Shown here piece after piece: positions 53,062-60,950 of a stretch of 64,000 nt of DNA (its first letter is position 1; every line of letters starts with the position of its first letter). The notes under the pieces were generated by a model. That model was not told where the DNA came from, did not search any database, and saw only the letters and a program-made list of their open reading frames with translations. The position numbers and the translations under genes were made by a program. The stretch spans positions 1-64,000 of IMG/VR virus record IMGVR_UViG_3300021962_000046; one strand, given 5' to 3'. Origin of the DNA: a virus.

Positions 53062-54473
53062 TCCTCAACTATTTTTATTTCATGACCTTGCTGCTTGAGG
53101 ATTTTTATTCTCTTCATGCTGTGCTTGTATAAATACGGATTCATTTCAAACACAAAATCAATATAATTAAGACCATCTTTATCTTTTGCTGTTCTTAAGC
53201 CACGACCCATTCTTTGGATGATGAGATGATCTGCCTGACCACCAGCAGCATTTATGAGGTTGTGGACAAAAACATTGATTCCGGTGTTGAAAATACCTTG
53301 TGTTGCTATGGCAATACATTCCTTGTCCTTTTGCAACTTCTCAATGACATACTTTCTTGTTTCATCATTATCCTTGCCTTGCACCCACAAAGCATGAGGT
53401 ATCAACGCTTGCAATGCGTCACCATGAGCCAATCTGTCAACCAATATAAGTGTTCTACCCTTAAGTTCAGTTGTTAAGCTTATAACTTTTTGATGAAAAG
53501 CATCATTCTCGACTAATCCCTTGGTGACAGCGTCAATATAAATCTCAAAATCAAGTTCGGGTTCTTTTATTTTATAAAAAGTACAATGACTCTTAGAAAG
53601 CCTACCTCTCTTTTGTAGTTCTTTTGTCGTAACAACTCCAGTTTCAGTTGATTTAATCTTGAACGGAGGGCCAAAAAAACCTTTGACATAGTATTTCTGT
53701 ATTTTATCTGTTTCACCGAATTTGAACGGAGTAGCACTTACAGCAATTCTTACGCTGCAATTTTTAAGTCTTCTATAAACACTTTTTGGTGCTGCACTCA
53801 TCATGTCATGAATTTCATCAACTAAAAGTACTTTGACTTCTGGCAAAAGATCTTCTGCTTTAGATATAGATTGAACAGTAGACACAGTAATGTCATTGGG
53901 TTCATTACTGCCACCCCATATGCGTCCCACATTGTGTAATCCCCATTTAACATACTCTTCATAGTTTTGAATAGCTAATGTTTTTCTATTCTGAAGGACT
54001 AATGTTTTTGTGCCAGATGGCAAACATTTAAGTATGGAAAGCATGGTTAAAGATTTTCCAGCCGAAGTTGGCGCAAATATAACACCTCTTTTATTTTTAA
54101 TAGCTGCATTTACAAGATCTACTTGGTAATCTTCCAAAGTAATTGGTTGTGATTCTTTTGGCGTACAAGAATGAAGAAATGTAGAATTTATTTCTTTTAT
54201 TGAAAATTCAAAAGGCAATCGTTTATCAATAATTTCAACTTCTTCATTGAAAGCCTTGCATGAAGCAAGTATCTCAGGAAGAAGTCCTGTCAAAAATTTT
54301 CCATTTTTGTCATTAAAAAAATTAGTGTAACCATCCCATAAACGCTGTCTATATCTTGGGTTATGAAAATATCCACGATCACGGAATCTCAAATTATCAA
54401 ATATAAATTTGATTAATTTGGTATTCGCAGTCTGCATTATTGAAATGTCATTTTGTAGAAGTATTCTTGTCAT
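53058..54473 (-). CDS. uvsW: UvsW-like SF2 DNA helicase
   Basis: WDGY N-terminal motif, DYQ, APTSAGKS, DEIH, SATP, QRMGRGLR. Confidence 0.85.
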   Translation of the reverse strand: MTRILLQNDISIMQTANTKLIKFIFDNLRFRDRGYFHNPRYRQRLWDGYTNFFNDKNGKFLTGLLPEILASCKAFNEEVEIIDKRLPFEFSIKEINSTFLHSCTPKESQPITLEDYQVDLVNAAIKNKRGVIFAPTSAGKSLTMLSILKCLPSGTKTLVLQNRKTLAIQNYEEYVKWGLHNVGRIWGGSNEPNDITVSTVQSISKAEDLLPEVKVLLVDEIHDMMSAAPKSVYRRLKNCSVRIAVSATPFKFGETDKIQKYYVKGFFGPPFKIKSTETGVVTTKELQKRGRLSKSHCTFYKIKEPELDFEIYIDAVTKGLVENDAFHQKVISLTTELKGRTLILVDRLAHGDALQALIPHALWVQGKDNDETRKYVIEKLQKDKECIAIATQGIFNTGINVFVHNLINAAGGQADHLIIQRMGRGLRTAKDKDGLNYIDFVFEMNPYLYKHSMKRIKILKQQGHEIKIVED

Positions 54474-54510
54474 GATTAATCCTTGGGCAACAAATAATTA
54501 ATATACATTA

Positions 54511-55563
54511 TTAGACTGCCCAATACAACATTTCTTTTGCTCTGCTTGCTGCTGTGTATGCCCATCTTTCATGACTCCACAAATCACACTTTTCTTCATA
54601 AACAAGAACTTTATCCCATTCATCACCTTGGGCTTTATGGGTTGTGATCGCATAAGAATAATCAAAAAAACCAGTTTCTCTGTCTGAGTTAGCAGCTTCA
54701 AGCAGTTTTTCTTGATTGAATTGTTTTTGATCAATTGGTATTTCGCAAAAACCATTGTCGGTTTGTATTTTCACCTTGTTCTTCTTGATGGTTTTAACCG
54801 TGCCTTGCATGCCGTTAAAAATATTAAGGGTCTTGTTGTTTTTAAGACATATAATTCTCTCGCCTTTTACCAACACATCTTCATATCCAAGATGCTCTCT
54901 AATTCGTTTATTGAAGCTGATTCTGGTTCTGTTAAAACCACAAATAATCTGGTCAACATCAGCAAGTAGTTCATTTTTCAATGTTTTCTTTGCAACAAGT
55001 TTGACTCTGTCATCTGAAGAATATTCAATCGCAGAATTTCCTTTTCTCAAAAAGTCAGCAAACTTTGCAATGCTATTGGCATTTCGGTGAATGGTTTCCA
55101 GTTTGTAATGAGGCTTCTTCATCAGATTGAAGGACGAGCCTACTGGTTCTAATTGACCATGATCACCGAAGAAGACAACTGGCAAATCAAAAGACATAAT
55201 GTCAGAAAATAATTCCTCGCTTATCATACTTGCTTCATCTATAAAAAATCCTCTGAAATCTATCTTGTTTTTAGGTTTCAAATAAAATTTAGGATTTCCT
55301 TTATAATCTTCTTCAACATGATATATTGTTGAATGGATTGTAGCTGCGTCACCTATGCCTTTTTTACGCAAAACATTTGCAGCTTTGCCTGTGAATGCAC
55401 AAACGGCAAAGTTTGGGTATGCGTTAGTAAGTTCGGAAAGACAAGTACTTTTACCAGAACCAGCGTATCCACCGATACAAATAAACTGCTTGTTTTGTAT
55501 TTCTTTTTTGATTGATGACAATAAGTGATTTTGTTCTTCGGTAAGAATTGGTTTCTTTTCCAT
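54511..55563 (-). CDS. SF1B helicase (Dda/RecD2-like)
   Basis: GYAGSGKS, AFTGKAA, TIHS, DEASM, GDHGQL, YAITTHKAQG, YTAASRA. Start MEKKP with SD GGAGA. Confidence 0.9.
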   Translation of the reverse strand: MEKKPILTEEQNHLLSSIKKEIQNKQFICIGGYAGSGKSTCLSELTNAYPNFAVCAFTGKAANVLRKKGIGDAATIHSTIYHVEEDYKGNPKFYLKPKNKIDFRGFFIDEASMISEELFSDIMSFDLPVVFFGDHGQLEPVGSSFNLMKKPHYKLETIHRNANSIAKFADFLRKGNSAIEYSSDDRVKLVAKKTLKNELLADVDQIICGFNRTRISFNKRIREHLGYEDVLVKGERIICLKNNKTLNIFNGMQGTVKTIKKNKVKIQTDNGFCEIPIDQKQFNQEKLLEAANSDRETGFFDYSYAITTHKAQGDEWDKVLVYEEKCDLWSHERWAYTAASRAKEMLYWAV

Positions 55564-55646
55564 ACAAATGTATCTCCAAAAAGTGTTCAGCCTATGTAAA
55601 TAATGTTGTTCGGATGTGATTAAACCACATTTGGGGGTACAAGCAA

Positions 55647-55826
55647 ATGTTAAATGAAGAATTGGCAGAAGTAGTTCGAATGGTAACGGTACTAGACGAT
55701 AAAGTAGATAATCTAACCAACAGGCAAAAAGATCTTTTCGAAAAATTAAATAGATCAATTTATAGAACGGAAAGATTTTTAGAAAAAACGGAAACTCCAA
55801 AAGATATAGCAGCTACAAAAAACTAA
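55647..55826 (+). CDS. Small 59-aa helical protein absent from the ORF track
   Basis: MLNEELAEVVRMVTVLDDKVDNLTNRQKDLFEKLNRSIYRTERFLEKTETPKDIAATKN; SD GGGGG; fills the intergenic gap; stop overlaps the convergent stop. Confidence 0.6.
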   Translation: MLNEELAEVVRMVTVLDDKVDNLTNRQKDLFEKLNRSIYRTERFLEKTETPKDIAATKN

Positions 55827-56269
55827 TTCTTTCCTCGTTTTTTAGCCTGTAGATAGAATATAAAGCTATTCCTGTTTCCGGGGACAAAGCTTTTTGGTGA
55901 TTGCCTATAAGCAACCATCAATTTTGTTTCTGGGTTTTCATAAGAAATAAAATCTTTTAATCTACTTAAAACAGTTGTGATAAATTCCTTACTACCAGTA
56001 ATTCTGATGCCATCTTCTTGAATTGTTGAGCCTTTGTGATCATATTCTATTGGTTTGAAATTCAAAGGTATACTCGGTTGTACACCCTTCCAAAAAGACA
56101 TAATATCTTCTTTGCCAGCTTTCCAAGGTTTTATTTTTAACTTTGGAGATTTTGGTTTTTCCGGTTGTGCTGTTTGTGGTGATGCTGGGCTGGAAACAAC
56201 CGGATTGGTTGTTGGAACAACAGGAGCATCAACTTCATTTAATTTTTTCCATTCAGCAAAGTTTTTCAT
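55823..56269 (-). CDS. Hypothetical protein, possible internal head protein
   Basis: MKNFAEWKKLNEVDAP N-terminus, Pro-rich linker; ATAAATA just upstream. Confidence 0.65.
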   Translation of the reverse strand: MKNFAEWKKLNEVDAPVVPTTNPVVSSPASPQTAQPEKPKSPKLKIKPWKAGKEDIMSFWKGVQPSIPLNFKPIEYDHKGSTIQEDGIRITGSKEFITTVLSRLKDFISYENPETKLMVAYRQSPKSFVPGNRNSFIFYLQAKKRGKN

Positions 56270-56317
56270 GTAAATATTTATTCGTTTGATTGATAAATAT
56301 TATGGGAGAATAAAAAA

Positions 56318-56632
56318 TTGATTACATTTCAAAAGTTTTTAGAAACCTACATTTTGAACGAGGTAGATGCACCACCAGCTGGTGCTGCGCCTCCACCTGA
56401 CGCAGCAGCTGGTGCTGGTGCTGCGCCTCCACCTGATCTGGGAGGAGGCTTAGGTGGAGCATTGGGAGGCGCACCACCCGGAGGGGCACCTGACTTAGGA
56501 GGTGGCTTGGGTGGAGCAGTAGGTGCTGGTGATGCTGGTGGTCAACCAAATACAAATGTCAAGATTTATAATTTCTGGGATGCCACAAAAGCACATTTTG
56601 ACAAATTCAAACCAGAGAATCAAAAAAAATAA
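56318..56632 (+). CDS. Gly/Ala/Pro-rich low-complexity protein, possible internal head protein
   Basis: TTG start with SD GGGAG; MITFQKFLETYILNEVDAP; PDLGGGLGGA twice. Confidence 0.65.
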   Translation: MITFQKFLETYILNEVDAPPAGAAPPPDAAAGAGAAPPPDLGGGLGGALGGAPPGGAPDLGGGLGGAVGAGDAGGQPNTNVKIYNFWDATKAHFDKFKPENQKK

Positions 56633-56660
56633 TTGAAAAAAATTTAAAGTTTTATATGAT
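56633..56660 (+). promoter_or_regulatory. Possible sigma70-type promoter TTGAAA-N16-TATGAT
   Basis: Near-consensus boxes ending 7 nt before an ATG that lacks an SD (possibly leaderless). Confidence 0.35.
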
Positions 56661-56667
56661 TTAATCT

Positions 56668-57183
56668 ATGGAAGAAATCATATTTAACAGAAAATTTTGT
56701 ATGCCATCTCCTTACACATTTGAGATGCGTCCAGTCGCAGATTTAATTCAAAAGTACATAAAAAAAGATTGGATTGTAGTTGATCCATTTGCAGGCAAAA
56801 GCGAAATAGCAACATATAGAAACGATTTGGCACATAGTGGCAAACATGCGGTAGAGTGGTTGTCAGATTTGGTTAACAATAATGTACATGCTGATGCCGT
56901 TTTGCTAGACCCACCTTATAGTCCAAGACAAATAGCGGAAGTTTATAAATCGGTTGGATTGAAGGTTTCAGGAACTGATACACAAAATGCAAAGTTGTAT
57001 AGCGATTGCAGACTTTTACTTGATAAAATTTTGAAACCAAATGGCATAGCCATGTCTTTTGGTTGGAGTTCAAATGGATTTGGAAAGAAGTACAATTACA
57101 GGATGTTGGAAATACTTTTGGTTCCGCATGGTGGCGCACACAACGATACAATTTGCATCGTTGAGAAAAAAGTGAGGGATTAA
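56668..57183 (+). CDS. Small adenine-specific DNA methylase-like protein
   Basis: DPFAG SAM-binding motif followed by the DPPY catalytic motif; 171 aa. Confidence 0.8.
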   Translation: MEEIIFNRKFCMPSPYTFEMRPVADLIQKYIKKDWIVVDPFAGKSEIATYRNDLAHSGKHAVEWLSDLVNNNVHADAVLLDPPYSPRQIAEVYKSVGLKVSGTDTQNAKLYSDCRLLLDKILKPNGIAMSFGWSSNGFGKKYNYRMLEILLVPHGGAHNDTICIVEKKVRD

Positions 57184-58268
57184 TGTCAAAGTTCCTTTTG
57201 TTTTCTGATATTCATGTGCATCCCCACAAGAGAAGTCAAAACAGACTTTTTGATTGTTTGAAAGCACTTGATTGGTGTTTGGAAAAAGCAGTTGAAAATT
57301 CAGTTGATGCTGTGATGTTTGGTGGCGATCTTCTGCATGATAGGCAGAAGATTGATAGTCAAACTTATGTTGAGGTGTTCAAGGTCTTAGAAAAGTATCA
57401 AAAAGAAAAATTTAAAGTTTACTTATTGGTTGGCAACCATGACATGTGGTTTGCCAGCGCATGGTCTGTAGCAAGCGTTTATCCATTCAAATCTTTGAGC
57501 AATTTTGAAGTAATAGACAAAACAACTTCATTTGATGTTTGTGGTGTTGAATGGCATTTCATGCCTTACACACATCATCCAATAGAAGAGCTTGAAAAAT
57601 TACCTCAGTCAAACATCAAAAACAGCTACTTATTGGGACATCTTTCCATCGATGGAGCGAAGTTGAATTCTGCTGGATCAATTGCTGATGTTGTAATAGA
57701 ACATGATGGAGAAATGGTTAAGGTAAACAGAAATTTGTTTACCAAATACAAACATGTTTTTCTCGGGCATTATCACAGCTCTCAAAAACTTACTCCGACA
57801 ATTGAGTACATCGGAAGTCCTCTTCAATTGTCGTATGGTGAAGCTGGAGAGAAAAAACACATCATCATCCTTGATTCAGACACAAACGAAAGAACTTATA
57901 TAGAGAATGATTTTAGCCCAAGGCACTATTACATCGAACAAAGCCGTGTCGATGACATCAATGAGATTGTTGGCGAAAAGCATTTGAAAGATGCTTTCAT
58001 AACTGTTTTGGCTGACGATTTAACAGACAAAAATATCAAAAAGGAAATAGAAACTTTAGTTGAATCACATGGATTGCAAGGTGTTCAAATCAAGCAAAAA
58101 AAATCAAAAGATGATGAGCATGTCATTTTAGATGCCAAGGAAATATTGATAGATGAAGACAAGATGCTTGAAAAATATGTTGATCAAGTGAATATGGACA
58201 AGCTAGAAAAAAAATTATTACTTGATATTGGACATCAAATTATAAATTTCAGTAAATCAGAAGAATAA
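57183..58268 (+). CDS. SbcD/Mre11/gp47-like nuclease
   Basis: SDIH, GGDLLHD, GNHD, GHYH, YIGSP metallophosphoesterase motifs. Confidence 0.92.
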   Translation: MSKFLLFSDIHVHPHKRSQNRLFDCLKALDWCLEKAVENSVDAVMFGGDLLHDRQKIDSQTYVEVFKVLEKYQKEKFKVYLLVGNHDMWFASAWSVASVYPFKSLSNFEVIDKTTSFDVCGVEWHFMPYTHHPIEELEKLPQSNIKNSYLLGHLSIDGAKLNSAGSIADVVIEHDGEMVKVNRNLFTKYKHVFLGHYHSSQKLTPTIEYIGSPLQLSYGEAGEKKHIIILDSDTNERTYIENDFSPRHYYIEQSRVDDINEIVGEKHLKDAFITVLADDLTDKNIKKEIETLVESHGLQGVQIKQKKSKDDEHVILDAKEILIDEDKMLEKYVDQVNMDKLEKKLLLDIGHQIINFSKSEE

Positions 58269-58271
58269 TAT

Positions 58272-58299
58272 TTGATTTTTTGTGTGTTGTGTGTAGAAT
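58272..58299 (+). promoter_or_regulatory. Possible sigma70-type promoter TTGATT-N16-TAGAAT
   Basis: Near-consensus boxes upstream of the 58372 gene. Confidence 0.45.
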
Positions 58300-58371
58300 C
58301 ATCCTGTCTGCAAGTCAGACCTTGGCGCATCGGAAGTACCGATGCATATCACGGAAGATTGGGGTTGTGAA

Positions 58372-58743
58372 ATGAATATGAAGAATCTTGTTGCTGTTGC
58401 TGTTGTTGCTGTTTTAGCTGCACAATCTTTTGCTGGGCCTTTCGGGCTATTCAGCAGAAAAAGCTATAACAACAATAGTGGCAACACAACGAATAATCAG
58501 ACATACTATTATGACAACTCTGAGTTGTATTCTGCCCAAGGAGTTGCGAACAGAATGGCCCGTTTGCTTCGGATGCAGCATCTGGGAAACCCAACAGGAG
58601 GCTATGAGGGTGTGGGCATGAGCGCACATTCCCCCCAAGCTGCAATCCAAAATTGCTGCTATTATGGCCGAAGGCCTCTCCGTGACAGCGGTGTAGCGCA
58701 GGGCGCAAACGGCATGTGGTATGCATGTTGCCGATACAACTAA
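58372..58743 (+). CDS. Small secreted protein, reduced CAP/SCP-like domain of a type I associate with Planctomycetota
   Basis: Signal peptide MKNLVAVAVVAVLAAQSFA; AQGVANRMA...H...GYEGVG...NCCY...GVAQGANGMWYACCRY; higher GC than neighbours. Confidence 0.7.
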   Translation: MNMKNLVAVAVVAVLAAQSFAGPFGLFSRKSYNNNSGNTTNNQTYYYDNSELYSAQGVANRMARLLRMQHLGNPTGGYEGVGMSAHSPQAAIQNCCYYGRRPLRDSGVAQGANGMWYACCRYN

Positions 58744-58765
58744 GATAAAGTAAAAATTAAATTTG

Positions 58766-58803
58766 AACAAAACCCCGTTGTAAAAGACGGGGTTTTGTTT
58801 TTT
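58766..58803 (+). terminator. Intrinsic terminator
   Basis: AACAAAACCCCGT/ACGGGGTTTTGTT stem plus T run. Confidence 0.8.
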
Positions 58804-58853
58804 AAACATTTTATGTTATTCTTCTTAAATCAGTTTTGTATAGGAGTTCAAAC

Positions 58854-60887
58854 ATGAAAAAGATTGATTTCAAAAAGATCAAAGCAGAAAATTTTGTTTG
58901 TTTTGGCGACAAGGGAATTGAAATAAATTTTCAAAAGTATGGCAATATAGTTTTGATAAAAGGGAAAAATCTGGATACCGCACTTAGTGAATCAACTAGT
59001 GAAGCGAAAATATCAAGTAATGGTTGTGGCAAATCAAGTATTCCAGAAATACTTGTTTATGGCTTGTTTGGCAAAACCATCAAAAAACCCAAGAAGATAT
59101 CTCATAAAGACTTGCTGAATCACACTACTGGCAAAAAGATGCGTGTTGAAATTGAATGGGATCAATACAAAGTTTTGAGAACACGAAAACCAGATGGATT
59201 GCGTTTATGGAAAAGTGCCGAAGGAATTTGGGACGATACAACAGAAATCACCTTGGGCACTATGGCTTCAACTCAAAAGAGCATTGAAGATATCCTAGGT
59301 CTTTCTTATGAGACATTTGTCAACATAGTCATTTTTACCGATGATAATAGTTCTTCCTTTTTAGAATGCGATGCAGCTGAGAAAAGACAGATAGTAGAAA
59401 ATTTATTATCGCTTGAAAAATACAGAACTTACAATGAATCAGCCAAGAAACTTCTTAAAGAACACAAGGATAAAATAAAATCCTTGGACAAGGATATTGA
59501 ACATGAAACAAGATTGCTACAAGAAATAAACAATCAATCCGTCAGATATGCATCCTCAAAAACAGAATGGGAAAAAAATAAGAAACAAGAAATAAAAAAC
59601 ACAGAACTTTTGATCGAACAACTAAAAAGCAAAATTGAAAATTATAAAGTTGATAATAAACCACTTATAGAATATGAAAATTCTCAAAAATTAATTCCCG
59701 AAATAGAACAAAAACTTCTCAAATTGGAAGAAGTTTTAAAGACAACCAATGATGTGATAGCAGAACAAGAATCCAAAATTTCCGAGATTGTTGATGAACA
59801 ATCAAAAATAAAAGCTGATGTTTTATCTTTTGAAAATGAAAAGAAAAATCTGTTGGAACAAGGAAAGAAACTGGCTGCTGTTGTTGAAAAAATAAAAAAG
59901 TTGGAACCCGGAGTAACTTGTGATCATTGTTTTTCAATTGTTGATTCATCCAACTATGCAAAAATAGAGGAACAACATCAGCACGAACTTAAAAATTGTC
60001 GTGAAGCATATAAAGCGGTCGAATCACAATTAAAAGATAAAAAAGATAGTCTTAATACTTTGACAGAACAAGCAACAAAACTGCAAACGGAAAAATTGGA
60101 TAAGAAGACAAAGGTGTCCGAATTAATTAAAACAGATGGTATTTTGAGGAAAAAATTGAATCAAATATTGGCTATGGAGAAGCCAATATTAAATGATGAG
60201 CATACTGCCCTTTTGATATCATTGGAAACCCTTCAAAAACAGCTTTTAACGAAGGAAGAGGAGGCTAGAGGCTCTTCGCCCTACGATGATCTAATTGTTG
60301 AAAATATGACCAAAAAAGAGGCCCAAAATGAGGTCTTGAAAACGAAGACAGAAGAGGTCAAGAAACTGAATGATTTGACAAAATATTATGATTATTGGAC
60401 GGTGGCGTTTGGTGATGCTGGTATTCGTCGTTACATAATTGACGAAATTATTCCAGCATTGAATAAGAATATTGAATATTGGCTGCAATTTTTGATTGAC
60501 AACAAGTTATCGATTACTTTCAACAATGAATTGGAGGAGCATATTGAAAAATATCCTTCTGATGGAAATCCCTACATTTACGAGGTTTTAAGCAATGGTC
60601 AAAGAAGAAGGATTAATTTGGCATTAAGTCAGGCTTTTGCTCATGTGATGAGTTTGAATACTGGTAAATTTCCAAGCCTTGTATTTTTGGACGAGGTTAC
60701 TACTAATATCGATCAAATAGGTGTTCAAGGAATTTATAAAATGATTTGTGAAATTTCTAAAGAAAAACAAGTTTTTGTTACAACCCATGATCAAGATTTA
60801 CTAGAATTACTTAACGGCTGTGAAAACATAGGACTTACGATGAAAAATGGAATATCTACACTTGATTTTTTTGAGTATAAATTATAA
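58854..60887 (+). CDS. SbcC/Rad50/gp46-like SMC ATPase
   Basis: SNGCGKSS Walker A, coiled coil with CDHC zinc hook, LSNGQ signature, FLDE, TTH. Start MKKID with SD AGGAG. Confidence 0.92.
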   Translation: MKKIDFKKIKAENFVCFGDKGIEINFQKYGNIVLIKGKNLDTALSESTSEAKISSNGCGKSSIPEILVYGLFGKTIKKPKKISHKDLLNHTTGKKMRVEIEWDQYKVLRTRKPDGLRLWKSAEGIWDDTTEITLGTMASTQKSIEDILGLSYETFVNIVIFTDDNSSSFLECDAAEKRQIVENLLSLEKYRTYNESAKKLLKEHKDKIKSLDKDIEHETRLLQEINNQSVRYASSKTEWEKNKKQEIKNTELLIEQLKSKIENYKVDNKPLIEYENSQKLIPEIEQKLLKLEEVLKTTNDVIAEQESKISEIVDEQSKIKADVLSFENEKKNLLEQGKKLAAVVEKIKKLEPGVTCDHCFSIVDSSNYAKIEEQHQHELKNCREAYKAVESQLKDKKDSLNTLTEQATKLQTEKLDKKTKVSELIKTDGILRKKLNQILAMEKPILNDEHTALLISLETLQKQLLTKEEEARGSSPYDDLIVENMTKKEAQNEVLKTKTEEVKKLNDLTKYYDYWTVAFGDAGIRRYIIDEIIPALNKNIEYWLQFLIDNKLSITFNNELEEHIEKYPSDGNPYIYEVLSNGQRRRINLALSQAFAHVMSLNTGKFPSLVFLDEVTTNIDQIGVQGIYKMICEISKEKQVFVTTHDQDLLELLNGCENIGLTMKNGISTLDFFEYKL

Positions 60888-60950
60888 AATTTCCTCACAT
60901 CCAAGTAGATAAGTTTTTTAAAGAAACCAAAATCAGAAAGAGGCTAACAG

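Noticed and set aside
55564-55800. N-terminal extension of the Dda-like helicase in the ORF track
   Set aside because: A better ATG with SD exists at 55563, and the region encodes a + strand ORF.
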